A stretch of 64,000 bases of DNA from an uncultured Methanosarcinales archaeon (GTDB lineage Archaea; Nanobdellota; Nanobdellia; Woesearchaeales; DSVV01): positions 9,930 to 73,929 of the forward strand of contig CAZKVI010000002.1 of assembly GCA_964556185.1 (NCBI GenBank), written 5' to 3'. A program made the position numbers and the translations under genes. The notes beneath the pieces were generated by a model. It saw only the letters and a list, made by a program, of their open reading frames with translations, was not told the DNA's origin and made no database searches. Shown one piece after another: positions 56,509 through 64,000 of this stretch (position 1 is its first letter; every line of letters starts with the position of its first letter).

Positions 56509-57181
56509 AGCCTTTTCTCACAACAATGATTATTCTATCCCCTAATAATAATTTTATGTCAGAGCTTGCAACCATAAACTCATTTTTCCTTTTTATTGCT
56601 GCAATTCTTGTTTTTCCTTTTATTTCTGTATCTTCTATTGTTAAATTGTATGCTTTTGATTTTGTCGAAATAACAAATTCTAATAATTCAACTTCTCCTT
56701 TGTGTACAGAAGCAAAATCTAATACATCTGGTTCTGTAATCATTGCTTCTAATTGATCTGCACCAGAGATTTCTGGAGAAATAACAGTAGTAATGCCTGC
56801 TTTTAAGAAGATTTGTTTGTAAATGCTTTTTGAAATCTTAGAAGCCAATCTAATATTAGGATAATGTTCTTTAACAACTAAACAGACTAATAAATTTGTT
56901 TCATCACTTCCTGTGACTGCTGCAACAACATCTGCTTTATCTATTTTAGCGTCATTTAATACTTCTATATCTGTTCCATCACCTTTTATAACTTCTGCGT
57001 TAAGTTCCTCGACAACTTCATTGCAAACTTTTTCCTCTTGTTCGACTAAAGTAACATCATGTTTAACTTCTGCAAGATTTTTAGCTAAAGTTGTTCCAAG
57101 ATTTCCACCACCTACAATTATTACATTCATTTCTAAAACCTCCGTTTTACTAAGTATATTATAAGGATAAGGACTGACCAA
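56477..57181 (-). CDS. trkA: TrkA/KtrA K+ transport regulatory subunit (RCK N + C domains)
   Basis: 'MNVIIVGGGNLGTTLAKNL' is the Rossmann motif. A C-terminal TrkA-C region is present. Confidence 0.8.
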   Translation of the reverse strand: MVSPYPYNILSKTEVLEMNVIIVGGGNLGTTLAKNLAEVKHDVTLVEQEEKVCNEVVEELNAEVIKGDGTDIEVLNDAKIDKADVVAAVTGSDETNLLVCLVVKEHYPNIRLASKISKSIYKQIFLKAGITTVISPEISGADQLEAMITEPDVLDFASVHKGEVELLEFVISTKSKAYNLTIEDTEIKGKTRIAAIKRKNEFMVASSDIKLLLGDRIIIVVRKGYEEKAKKMFK

Positions 57182-58503
57182 ATCTCTAATCTACCTATCC
57201 ACATATTAAACATTAATATAGTTTTCTCTAAAACAGTGAAATTACTTATAACAGATAAACCAATATTACCTTGAGCAGATGCTACTTGAAATAAAGAATC
57301 TACTGGTGTATGACCAACAAACATGAATACAGCAGCAGAAACTAATAAGATTAGTAAATAAACTGCAATATAATTAAAAACTGCTTTAACATCTTTGTCT
57401 CCATAAATTACATTACCAATTTTTCTTGAGAAAACTTTTTTAGGGCTCATAAATTTCATAACTTGTAAAAATAATGACTTAAATAAAACAATAACTCTAT
57501 TTAGTTTTAAACCACCTGCAGTAGAACCTAATGTTCCACCAATTATCATTAAGATTATTAAAATTGCTTTTGTAAAACCACTCCAAGAAACTAAACTTTC
57601 TATTTGATAACCTGTACTTATTGCAGAAATAACATGAAAAATAGTAGATCTTAATGAATAAGTGCTTGCAACTAATAGTGTTGCAATGATTATCATAATA
57701 AACAATGCTTGGTTTTGAATATTTTTTAGAAATCTTTTTGTTTCTCCAGCGATTAAATGATAATGTGTGAAAAAACTTATGTTTCCTATAATCATTAAAA
57801 CAATTAATACAATTTCAATATTTAATGAGTTAAATGCTGCAATACTTGCGGCTTTTGTTGACATACCTCCTGTTGATAATGCAGTCATTGCATGATTAAT
57901 TGCATCAAACCAATGCATTCCAAAAATAATTAAGAAACCTAATCCAAGTAAAGTATAAAGTGCATACAACCACCACATTGCATTTATTGAATGTAATAAA
58001 TTTGGTCTAATTCTTTCAGATCTTCCTTCAACAATGTATAATGAACTGCTTGTTTTGAATAAACCACCTAAAGCTAGAACTACAATACCTAAACCACCAA
58101 TCCATTGACCAAAACTTCTCCAAAATACTAATGTTTTTGGTAAGGTTTCTGGATTTAAGACTGTTAATCCTGTAGTTGTCCATGAACTCATTGATTCGAA
58201 AAACGCATCCAGGAAAGTAATGTCTAAGTTTCTATAGAAAAATAACGAGCCAATAAAGGTCATTACAAGCCAAAATACAGCAACAATAACAAGGCCTTCG
58301 TTTAGCCTTGTTGTGGTTTCTTTACATGAAAATATGCTGCTTAAAGCCATTCCTGTAACAAATACTAAGAAGAATGCAAAGACAAACTCTCTTAATAACT
58401 TGATTTCTCCATATATAGCAGCAATAGCCACAGGTGCTAAAAGACAGAAAGACCAGTATTTGAGTAAAGTTCCTATATCTCTAAGGATTGGATGAGGTTT
58501 CAT
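57133..58503 (-). CDS. trkH: TrkH/KtrB K+ transporter membrane subunit
   Basis: Polytopic membrane protein with a 'SSWTTTGLTV' selectivity-filter-like motif. It overlaps trkA, suggesting an operon. Confidence 0.8.
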   Translation of the reverse strand: MKPHPILRDIGTLLKYWSFCLLAPVAIAAIYGEIKLLREFVFAFFLVFVTGMALSSIFSCKETTTRLNEGLVIVAVFWLVMTFIGSLFFYRNLDITFLDAFFESMSSWTTTGLTVLNPETLPKTLVFWRSFGQWIGGLGIVVLALGGLFKTSSSLYIVEGRSERIRPNLLHSINAMWWLYALYTLLGLGFLIIFGMHWFDAINHAMTALSTGGMSTKAASIAAFNSLNIEIVLIVLMIIGNISFFTHYHLIAGETKRFLKNIQNQALFIMIIIATLLVASTYSLRSTIFHVISAISTGYQIESLVSWSGFTKAILIILMIIGGTLGSTAGGLKLNRVIVLFKSLFLQVMKFMSPKKVFSRKIGNVIYGDKDVKAVFNYIAVYLLILLVSAAVFMFVGHTPVDSLFQVASAQGNIGLSVISNFTVLEKTILMFNMWIGRLEIWSVLILIIYLVKRRF

Positions 58504-58577
58504 TTATAAAATACCTATATATTTGTATATAAAAAGTTTTAGGTAATATTATAAACCAAAAGTGATTACCTTATGTT

Positions 58578-59048
58578 ATGGGTGCAAAAAAAATTGGGCG
58601 TGGGCGTGCTTTGCATGCAAATAGAGAAAGAAGAGCTCGTAGACGTGCTGGAAGAAACAGACTACAAAGGCAAGATGATTTTACAGTATTAATTTATGGT
58701 AGTCAAGAATATATTGATACTGTTTCTCAATATTTAGGTCAACGTAGAATAGATAAAGATAATGGTTACAAAGTTAAATCTCTTAATTATCCTGCTTTGG
58801 AAGACTTAATGGGAGAAGCTGAATCTGGCAATGTAAATTTGTATGTTGTTGAAGCTAATCCAGAAGCAGACTTAGGAAGTTATTCTTGGGATGATGTTGA
58901 TTCTTTGGTAGAAATGTATCCAAGAGCTAATGTTTATGTTGCTCAACACGGAGATGAATGTCTATTAACAGATAAAGATAACATTGTTGGAAAAGAAGAT
59001 GTTGGTAATTTAGATGCAATAGTAGAATGTGTTAAGGAGTTGAATTAA
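58578..59048 (+). CDS. hypothetical protein with Arg-rich N-terminus
   Basis: 156 aa with the shared 'gtgattacctt' start-proximal motif. Confidence 0.35.
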   Translation: MGAKKIGRGRALHANRERRARRRAGRNRLQRQDDFTVLIYGSQEYIDTVSQYLGQRRIDKDNGYKVKSLNYPALEDLMGEAESGNVNLYVVEANPEADLGSYSWDDVDSLVEMYPRANVYVAQHGDECLLTDKDNIVGKEDVGNLDAIVECVKELN

Positions 59049-59049
59049 T

Positions 59050-60930
59050 CTACCGTAACCTTCGCTTATCTAATTTCTCAGCAAAATATAATCCAACTGC
59101 GCAAACAGCTATGTAAAGTAATAATAACATTAATTCTTTTGGACTGCCAAATATATTATATTGGAAGATTAACATCATTCTTAGCAATGCTTCGCCGACT
59201 ACAAATGGATTGTAAATAGCAACACTACCAATTGTTTCGCTTAGGCTTTCAATTGGAATTAAAAAACTAGAAAATAATAACATTATGCTTGCAACTGATA
59301 TAGATGCTAGTGTTCCTGTTTCTTCTGAAGCAAATAAATAACCTATTGCCATTCCTAATAATATAAACACAGAACTAATTAATGTAATTGCAAGTAAAAT
59401 ATTAAAGATATTTACAAATGCTTGTATATTAAATACAATTTGTGCAATTGTAATTAAGATCATTGATTGAAAAATAACAATTATTATGTTAGTTATGTAT
59501 GCACTTATTAAAAATAAAACATCTGGTAAAGGTGTAATGTAATTTCTAAAGTATGCTTTTGAGAATTTCTCTGTCATTACTGTTGTAGTTGATAATAATA
59601 GACTCATAAACATAATAACTAAGACTAATAATGCTGGTAGAGTGTAATCTAAGTAAGATTTCTTCTCGACAATTGGTTTTATTCTTGTTAAAACAGGATT
59701 TACAATGTTTTCTGCTTGTGCAAGGTTGGCTTCTTTTAATTGTGTGCTTAATTCTTGAATTCCTTGATCAATTGAATCAACTTCTGCTATTGTTTCTTCT
59801 AGTCCTGTAACAATATCACCTAAAGCAGTTGTTAAATTTTCTTTTTGAGTTCCTACTTCATCTAGTTTTGCAGAAGCATCACTAACTTCTGTGGATAATG
59901 TATCTAATTCACTAGAAGCATCTGTTATCATTTCTGCTTGTGTTGATTGTGCTTCTTCTAAATAATCTCTAACTTCATCAAAAGAACTTTCAATATTAGA
60001 AAATTCTGATGATAATGTTTCTGCTTGTTCAGCTGCATAATCTAATGTGTCTGCAATATTACCTAATTCTGTACATGGATCAACATCAAGGTATCCATCA
60101 AGTTGAGAAAGATCTAATATACAAATTAAGCCTTCGTAATAAGCAACATCGTCGTGAAAACTATCTAATTCTGCTATGTTTTGATCAATTACAGTTTCAA
60201 AGTCACTTAAATAAGATTCCATTTCATCTAATAAAGAAAGTCCTTCATTAATTGCACCTTCACCAACTGCTTGGAATTCTTCCATTGTTGTTTGAGAATC
60301 TGTAATATAAGTATCTACATTAGAAACTCCGAATTCTTCTGCATCAACATTAATTCCAGATAGTTCTGTTTCAATTTCAGCTAATGCATCTTTCATTTCT
60401 TCAGCACTATCTGCAACTTGGCTAATTAAAACAGATTTATCACTAATTATCTCTGCTGTTTGATTCATTTGTTCAATTAATAATTTAGTATATTCTAAAC
60501 TTAAGTCTGAAGAAAGATCATCAACTTCATGAGTTATGACATTTAGTATTGTAAAGACTAGATTAACTTTTGAATAGTCGACGTGGAATGTAATTTCTCT
60601 ACCTAATTCTTCAGAACTTAAATCACCTGGTAAAACAATACAAATATGTGCGCCGCCTTGTTTTACTGTTTCAATACAAAGATCTTCAGTATCATATTTC
60701 GATACAAAGAAATCGTTTTTTTCTAAATCATCAATAAGTCCTTCACTAATTTCATTGTATGTGTCAGAATAAGTTGCAATTCTAATATTATGTAAACCAG
60801 TTGTATTAAACGCAGTTCCAATTAAAAATATAATAAGTAATGGCCCAAGTAATATGATTAATGCAGAAGTTCTAGATCTAATTAAAAGTCTGAAGTTTTT
60901 CAGTATTAATGTAATTAGTTCTTTTATCAT
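59050..60930 (-). CDS. ABC-2 family permease with large extracellular coiled-coil domain (YhgE/Pip-like)
   Basis: N-terminal TM, a ~350-aa acidic coiled-coil ectodomain and five C-terminal TM segments. The stop abuts the ATPase gene. Confidence 0.6.
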   Translation of the reverse strand: MIKELITLILKNFRLLIRSRTSALIILLGPLLIIFLIGTAFNTTGLHNIRIATYSDTYNEISEGLIDDLEKNDFFVSKYDTEDLCIETVKQGGAHICIVLPGDLSSEELGREITFHVDYSKVNLVFTILNVITHEVDDLSSDLSLEYTKLLIEQMNQTAEIISDKSVLISQVADSAEEMKDALAEIETELSGINVDAEEFGVSNVDTYITDSQTTMEEFQAVGEGAINEGLSLLDEMESYLSDFETVIDQNIAELDSFHDDVAYYEGLICILDLSQLDGYLDVDPCTELGNIADTLDYAAEQAETLSSEFSNIESSFDEVRDYLEEAQSTQAEMITDASSELDTLSTEVSDASAKLDEVGTQKENLTTALGDIVTGLEETIAEVDSIDQGIQELSTQLKEANLAQAENIVNPVLTRIKPIVEKKSYLDYTLPALLVLVIMFMSLLLSTTTVMTEKFSKAYFRNYITPLPDVLFLISAYITNIIIVIFQSMILITIAQIVFNIQAFVNIFNILLAITLISSVFILLGMAIGYLFASEETGTLASISVASIMLLFSSFLIPIESLSETIGSVAIYNPFVVGEALLRMMLIFQYNIFGSPKELMLLLLYIAVCAVGLYFAEKLDKRRLR

Positions 60931-60931
60931 T

Positions 60932-62020
60932 TTATGTCAACTTAATCATTGCAGCGTTAATTGTATCTTCTGGCCAGCCTTGTTTTAGTAATAAAAACCT
61001 TATTTGATCTTTAGTAAAACCCTTAGTTATAGCGCCTTTTACATATGCAAGTACTTTTTCTTCATCAGCTCCCCTCACACTTTGTTTTTCTGTTAAAGCT
61101 TCAAAGACTTCAATCAATGTTGCTTTATCTACGTCAATATCAATAAGGTGCTCTCTAAGGCTTCTAAGTGCCAACAAAAGCTGGTGCATAACCACTTCTG
61201 CTTGTGGAGTATAAATTACTAGTTTATGCTCTTTTTCTGTTATATAATTTATAGGAAGGCTCACTTTTTTGAGCTCTTTCATGATTTTAGCATAATTTCC
61301 AGGCTGAGTCTCTAATTTAATCTCTGTATCTTTACAATATTGCATTTTTAGCTGTCCAGGAGGTCCAACTTTGAGTAATTCACCATCATTGATTATACCA
61401 ATTCTATTACATAAATGCTCTATTTCACTTAGTAGGTGGCTACTTACTACTATAGTGACTCCACCTTGGTTTATACGCTGTATAAGCCCCCACATATGCT
61501 TTCTAAGCGTAGGATCTAGTCCAGCTGTTGGTTCATCTAGTATTAGAATTTTAGGGCCATGCATCAAAGCACAGGCCATATCAAGGCGTCTTTTCATTCC
61601 ACCTGAAAGATCTTTAGCTAATGTACTCTCACTTTCGCTTAATTCTACTAGTTCAAGAAGGTTTTTTGCTGTTGTTTTGATCTGTTCTTTTTTTAATCCA
61701 TATAATTTACCAAAATAATAGAGATTTTCTTGAACAGTGAGCTTTTCATAGAAACAGTTATCTTGAGTAGCAAAAGCAAAGATTTTCCTGATTTTTTTAG
61801 GATTAGCTGCTATATTCTCGTTTTTAAATAGTACAGAGCCTTTATCTAGCTTGTAAAAGCCTATTAAACACCTTAAAAGTGTTGTTTTACCTGCTCCAGA
61901 GACTCCTATAAGTCCAAATATCTCTCCATTGTTTATATTGAGGTTTATATTGTTCAATACAAGCTTTTTATCGAGCTTTTTATAGACCCCCCTACATTGA
62001 ATGATACTACTATCTACCAT
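60932..62020 (-). CDS. ABC transporter ATP-binding protein with C-terminal extra domain
   Basis: Walker A 'GVSGAGKTT', signature 'LSGGMKRRLDMACAL' and Walker B 'ILILDEPTAGLD'. Confidence 0.8.
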   Translation of the reverse strand: MVDSSIIQCRGVYKKLDKKLVLNNINLNINNGEIFGLIGVSGAGKTTLLRCLIGFYKLDKGSVLFKNENIAANPKKIRKIFAFATQDNCFYEKLTVQENLYYFGKLYGLKKEQIKTTAKNLLELVELSESESTLAKDLSGGMKRRLDMACALMHGPKILILDEPTAGLDPTLRKHMWGLIQRINQGGVTIVVSSHLLSEIEHLCNRIGIINDGELLKVGPPGQLKMQYCKDTEIKLETQPGNYAKIMKELKKVSLPINYITEKEHKLVIYTPQAEVVMHQLLLALRSLREHLIDIDVDKATLIEVFEALTEKQSVRGADEEKVLAYVKGAITKGFTKDQIRFLLLKQGWPEDTINAAMIKLT

Positions 62021-62538
62021 TATGTTATTTTGTCCTTGATAAGTATAAAAGCTTTGTTCTGCACTCGAAAGAAGTTATTGTTTTAGTATGTGGAACTCTC
62101 ACTTTAGTATGTGATTTCTTTAAAAATAGCTAAAAATATTGAAAATTTTCGAAAATATAGTATTTTCTACAAAAAATCCTTTGTTCGTTATTGTGTCGAT
62201 AACTGTCGGTAGAATTATATGATATTAATAAGATATAATATCTTAATAAGATAGAGATAGTAACGATCGGTATTGTATGGAATAAAATTCAAAAAAATAA
62301 CCTACCTTTTTAGTAGAAATAGTATAGCTAAAAGGTTTTAAGCGTTGATAGTAGGTTTTTGACACTAAAAGTGAGAGTTCGAGTATATAGAAGGGCGATT
62401 TTTTCTGTTGATTGATGATATTCATATTCAATTTTTAGGATTTCTGAAAAGTATATACTCTACATGTGCTATTTGGCGAATTTTTTAGTGTTTCAAATGC
62501 TTTCCAATATATGGAAGTAGATATATTCCTATGAAAAC

Positions 62539-62577
62539 TGAAGTGGCTAGATATCATTCAATTAGCTAGCCACTTCA
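62539..62577. repeat. 12-bp perfect palindrome (hairpin) 'tgaagtggctag-N15-ctagccacttca'
   Basis: Read directly from the sequence. Two further palindromes follow: 'tagcaaat-N6-atttgcta' and 'taaccac-N6-gtggtta'. Confidence 0.5.
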
Positions 62578-62665
62578 TATATAGCAAATGTAATAATTTG
62601 CTATAATCCAATTATAACCACTATTGGGTGGTTAAAAACAGAAAGGTTTATATAGTACCTAAGTA

Positions 62666-62881
62666 TTGGATTTTAGTATTGGGGGTGTAATAATGTTATT
62701 TCCAAATAGAGCAAAAAAAGCTTTCAGAGCTGTGAAACAAGATTTTGCTAAATTTAAGCAGAATATCAATGAATGGATACAGTTTCTGAACACAGGCCAG
62801 AGAGATTTAGACATGAGAGTAAAGATGTTAGAGAAAAGAATTGAACAACTCGAAACATTACTTTACAGACGACAACTGTAA
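62666..62881 (+). CDS. small coiled-coil protein (doubtful)
   Basis: 71-aa ORF immediately upstream of the long partial ORF. Confidence 0.25.
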   Translation: MDFSIGGVIMLFPNRAKKAFRAVKQDFAKFKQNINEWIQFLNTGQRDLDMRVKMLEKRIEQLETLLYRRQL

Positions 62882-62891
62882 GAGGAAAACA

Positions 62892-64000
62892 ATGGTTTTA
62901 CGAACACTTGAGAAAATTATTTTGGCAGTTAAATCACCTGATGAAGCCAAACTAATTACGCCTGAATTAAAAAAGGCAAGGAGAGACCTAGATTGGTTAA
63001 TCTTCAAGGATAAATTCATAAGAGGCACGAAAATAGTTGGAGTGCCACTTGTTGTAGGCGGAGCTACATTAGCAGCTATTGGAGGAACAAATCTTGATTA
63101 TTTAATAGATGGTTATGATCCAAGTATTTTTGATTCTTTTGGAGATACTTGGAATTATGTACAAACAGTAGCTGGAAAAGGTTTAGGGGTTGCATTGATT
63201 GGTGGTTCAGCAGCAACTGCATTTGTGGCAGCATTACCTGATACTGTTAAAATAGTTGATGTAAATGGTGAAGACAAAGATGGGAAAAAGCGTTTTGATA
63301 TGTATATGGATGGAGCTCTTTGGGTTGGTGCAGCAGCTTTAGGAGGAGTTGGATTAGGTTTATTAGGTTATGATGCAGCAATATCTGGCTTTTTAATTGA
63401 TACATTACCAGCATGGACTCCAGAACTTTATTTAGATCTTACTTTTACAGACACAATACCTAATTTGACACCTGAATGGTATTTAGATGAAATTCCTAAT
63501 GCACCTCAAGTAGTAAAAGATGCTCTTCCACATTGGGATGTTTGGTCTCCTGTCGACAAGGTTTCAGAATATGTTGGAGGTCTTTTACCTAATTGGGATT
63601 TACTTAAACCTATTGATTGGACTTCAGAACATTTAGGAAATTTATTTAGTGTTTTCAAAGCATGTGTGGCAGCACCAATGACAGCTTATGCTGCACATTA
63701 TGGAGTAAGATTTTTACAACATGGTTGGCATGTATTGACAGCTGCGAAGAATATGTTATTAAATCTACCAGCTGCTGTTGTCGGAGCAGCGCTTTTAGCA
63801 CCTGCGATGATTGGAGCTTTTGCAGGGTATGATGTTTTAACAGATGGAACTTTTTTAGCAGGGGCTGCTGCAACATATGGTCTTTCATTTTTAGCAAAAG
63901 GCTCTGCTGGATCTGCAACAAGAATGATGAGTACAATACTTGCAAGTTATAGTTTAGGTAGTTTATATCATGCTGCTGATCTTGGATTATCAGGATATGG
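62892..64000 (+). CDS. partial (3'-truncated) Gly/Ala-rich hypothetical protein with 'LPxW(T/D)PE(L/W)YLD' repeats; not in supplied ORF track
   Basis: Hand translation from ATG 62892 stays open to the window end (369+ codons). It is preceded by 'gagg' 6 nt upstream. Contains repeats 'LPAWTPELYLD', 'IPNLTPEWYLD', 'LPHWDVWSPVD' and 'LPNWDLLKPID'. Confidence 0.35.
   Translation, partial: MVLRTLEKIILAVKSPDEAKLITPELKKARRDLDWLIFKDKFIRGTKIVGVPLVVGGATLAAIGGTNLDYLIDGYDPSIFDSFGDTWNYVQTVAGKGLGVALIGGSAATAFVAALPDTVKIVDVNGEDKDGKKRFDMYMDGALWVGAAALGGVGLGLLGYDAAISGFLIDTLPAWTPELYLDLTFTDTIPNLTPEWYLDEIPNAPQVVKDALPHWDVWSPVDKVSEYVGGLLPNWDLLKPIDWTSEHLGNLFSVFKACVAAPMTAYAAHYGVRFLQHGWHVLTAAKNMLLNLPAAVVGAALLAPAMIGAFAGYDVLTDGTFLAGAAATYGLSFLAKGSAGSATRMMSTILASYSLGSLYHAADLGLSGY

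Noticed and set aside
62243-62431. 62-aa minus-strand ORF in the repeat-rich intergenic region
   Set aside because: It lies in AT-rich, repeat-dense DNA and has no start-site signal. It is more likely non-coding.
63655-63945. 96-aa minus-strand ORF given in the track
   Set aside because: Antisense to a longer uninterrupted plus-strand frame (62892 to window end) that has an SD-like 'gagg'. The Q/L/H-rich product is typical of antisense translation.

Overview
The window reads as AT-rich archaeal DNA. The archaeal assignment rests on aIF2-gamma, ribosomal protein S6e, deoxyhypusine synthase, a PAC2 proteasome-assembly chaperone, an HTH_10 regulator, an archaeal BRE/TATA promoter architecture about 22 nt upstream of start codons, and many predicted lipoproteins. 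The style is that of a small-genome, DPANN-like archaeon; this is an inference and was not checked. No rRNA, canonical tRNA, CRISPR array, transposase or integrase was seen.

Confidently recognisable content:
- A tightly overlapping deoxyhypusine synthase / PLP-dependent decarboxylase / agmatinase operon.
- Bacterial/eukaryotic-type MetK.
- The conserved archaeal S6e-aIF2-gamma gene pair, with S6e carrying an unusual ~110-aa Lys/Glu/Pro-rich tail.
- NadC, topoisomerase IA, a HAD hydrolase, FKBP PPIase, purine nucleoside phosphorylase and a DHH/DHHA1 phosphoesterase.
- TrkA/TrkH, a ZIP transporter, a CaCA antiporter and an ABC-2 exporter.
- The AMMECR1 + MEMO1 + radical-SAM trio (AmmeMemoRadiSam system).
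- A secreted glycoside hydrolase and a secreted multi-Ig-repeat zinc metalloprotease that share a Cys-rich CGDGxCD module.

Most unusual is a family of three paralogous 'PEP-synthase-like' swivel-phosphohistidine proteins. Two lie in one operon (17429-22293) and one is unlinked (8362-9699). One of the operon copies carries the PpsA-type ATP-grasp domain at its C-terminus, a permuted order, and none has a PEP/pyruvate-binding TIM-barrel. This looks like an uncharacterised ATP-dependent phosphotransfer (dikinase/kinase) system.

Other notable items:
- A SAM methyltransferase + CheB-like methylesterase pair behind HTH regulators, with no chemotaxis context.
- Tandem FHA-domain proteins.
- A BRO-N, virus-type gene.
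- A GC-rich ~200-nt candidate structured ncRNA.
- A repeat- and palindrome-rich 645-bp noncoding region.
- A bimodal gene composition: K/N/I-rich native genes beside R/A/G-rich, K-poor genes, several of which share a start-proximal motif.
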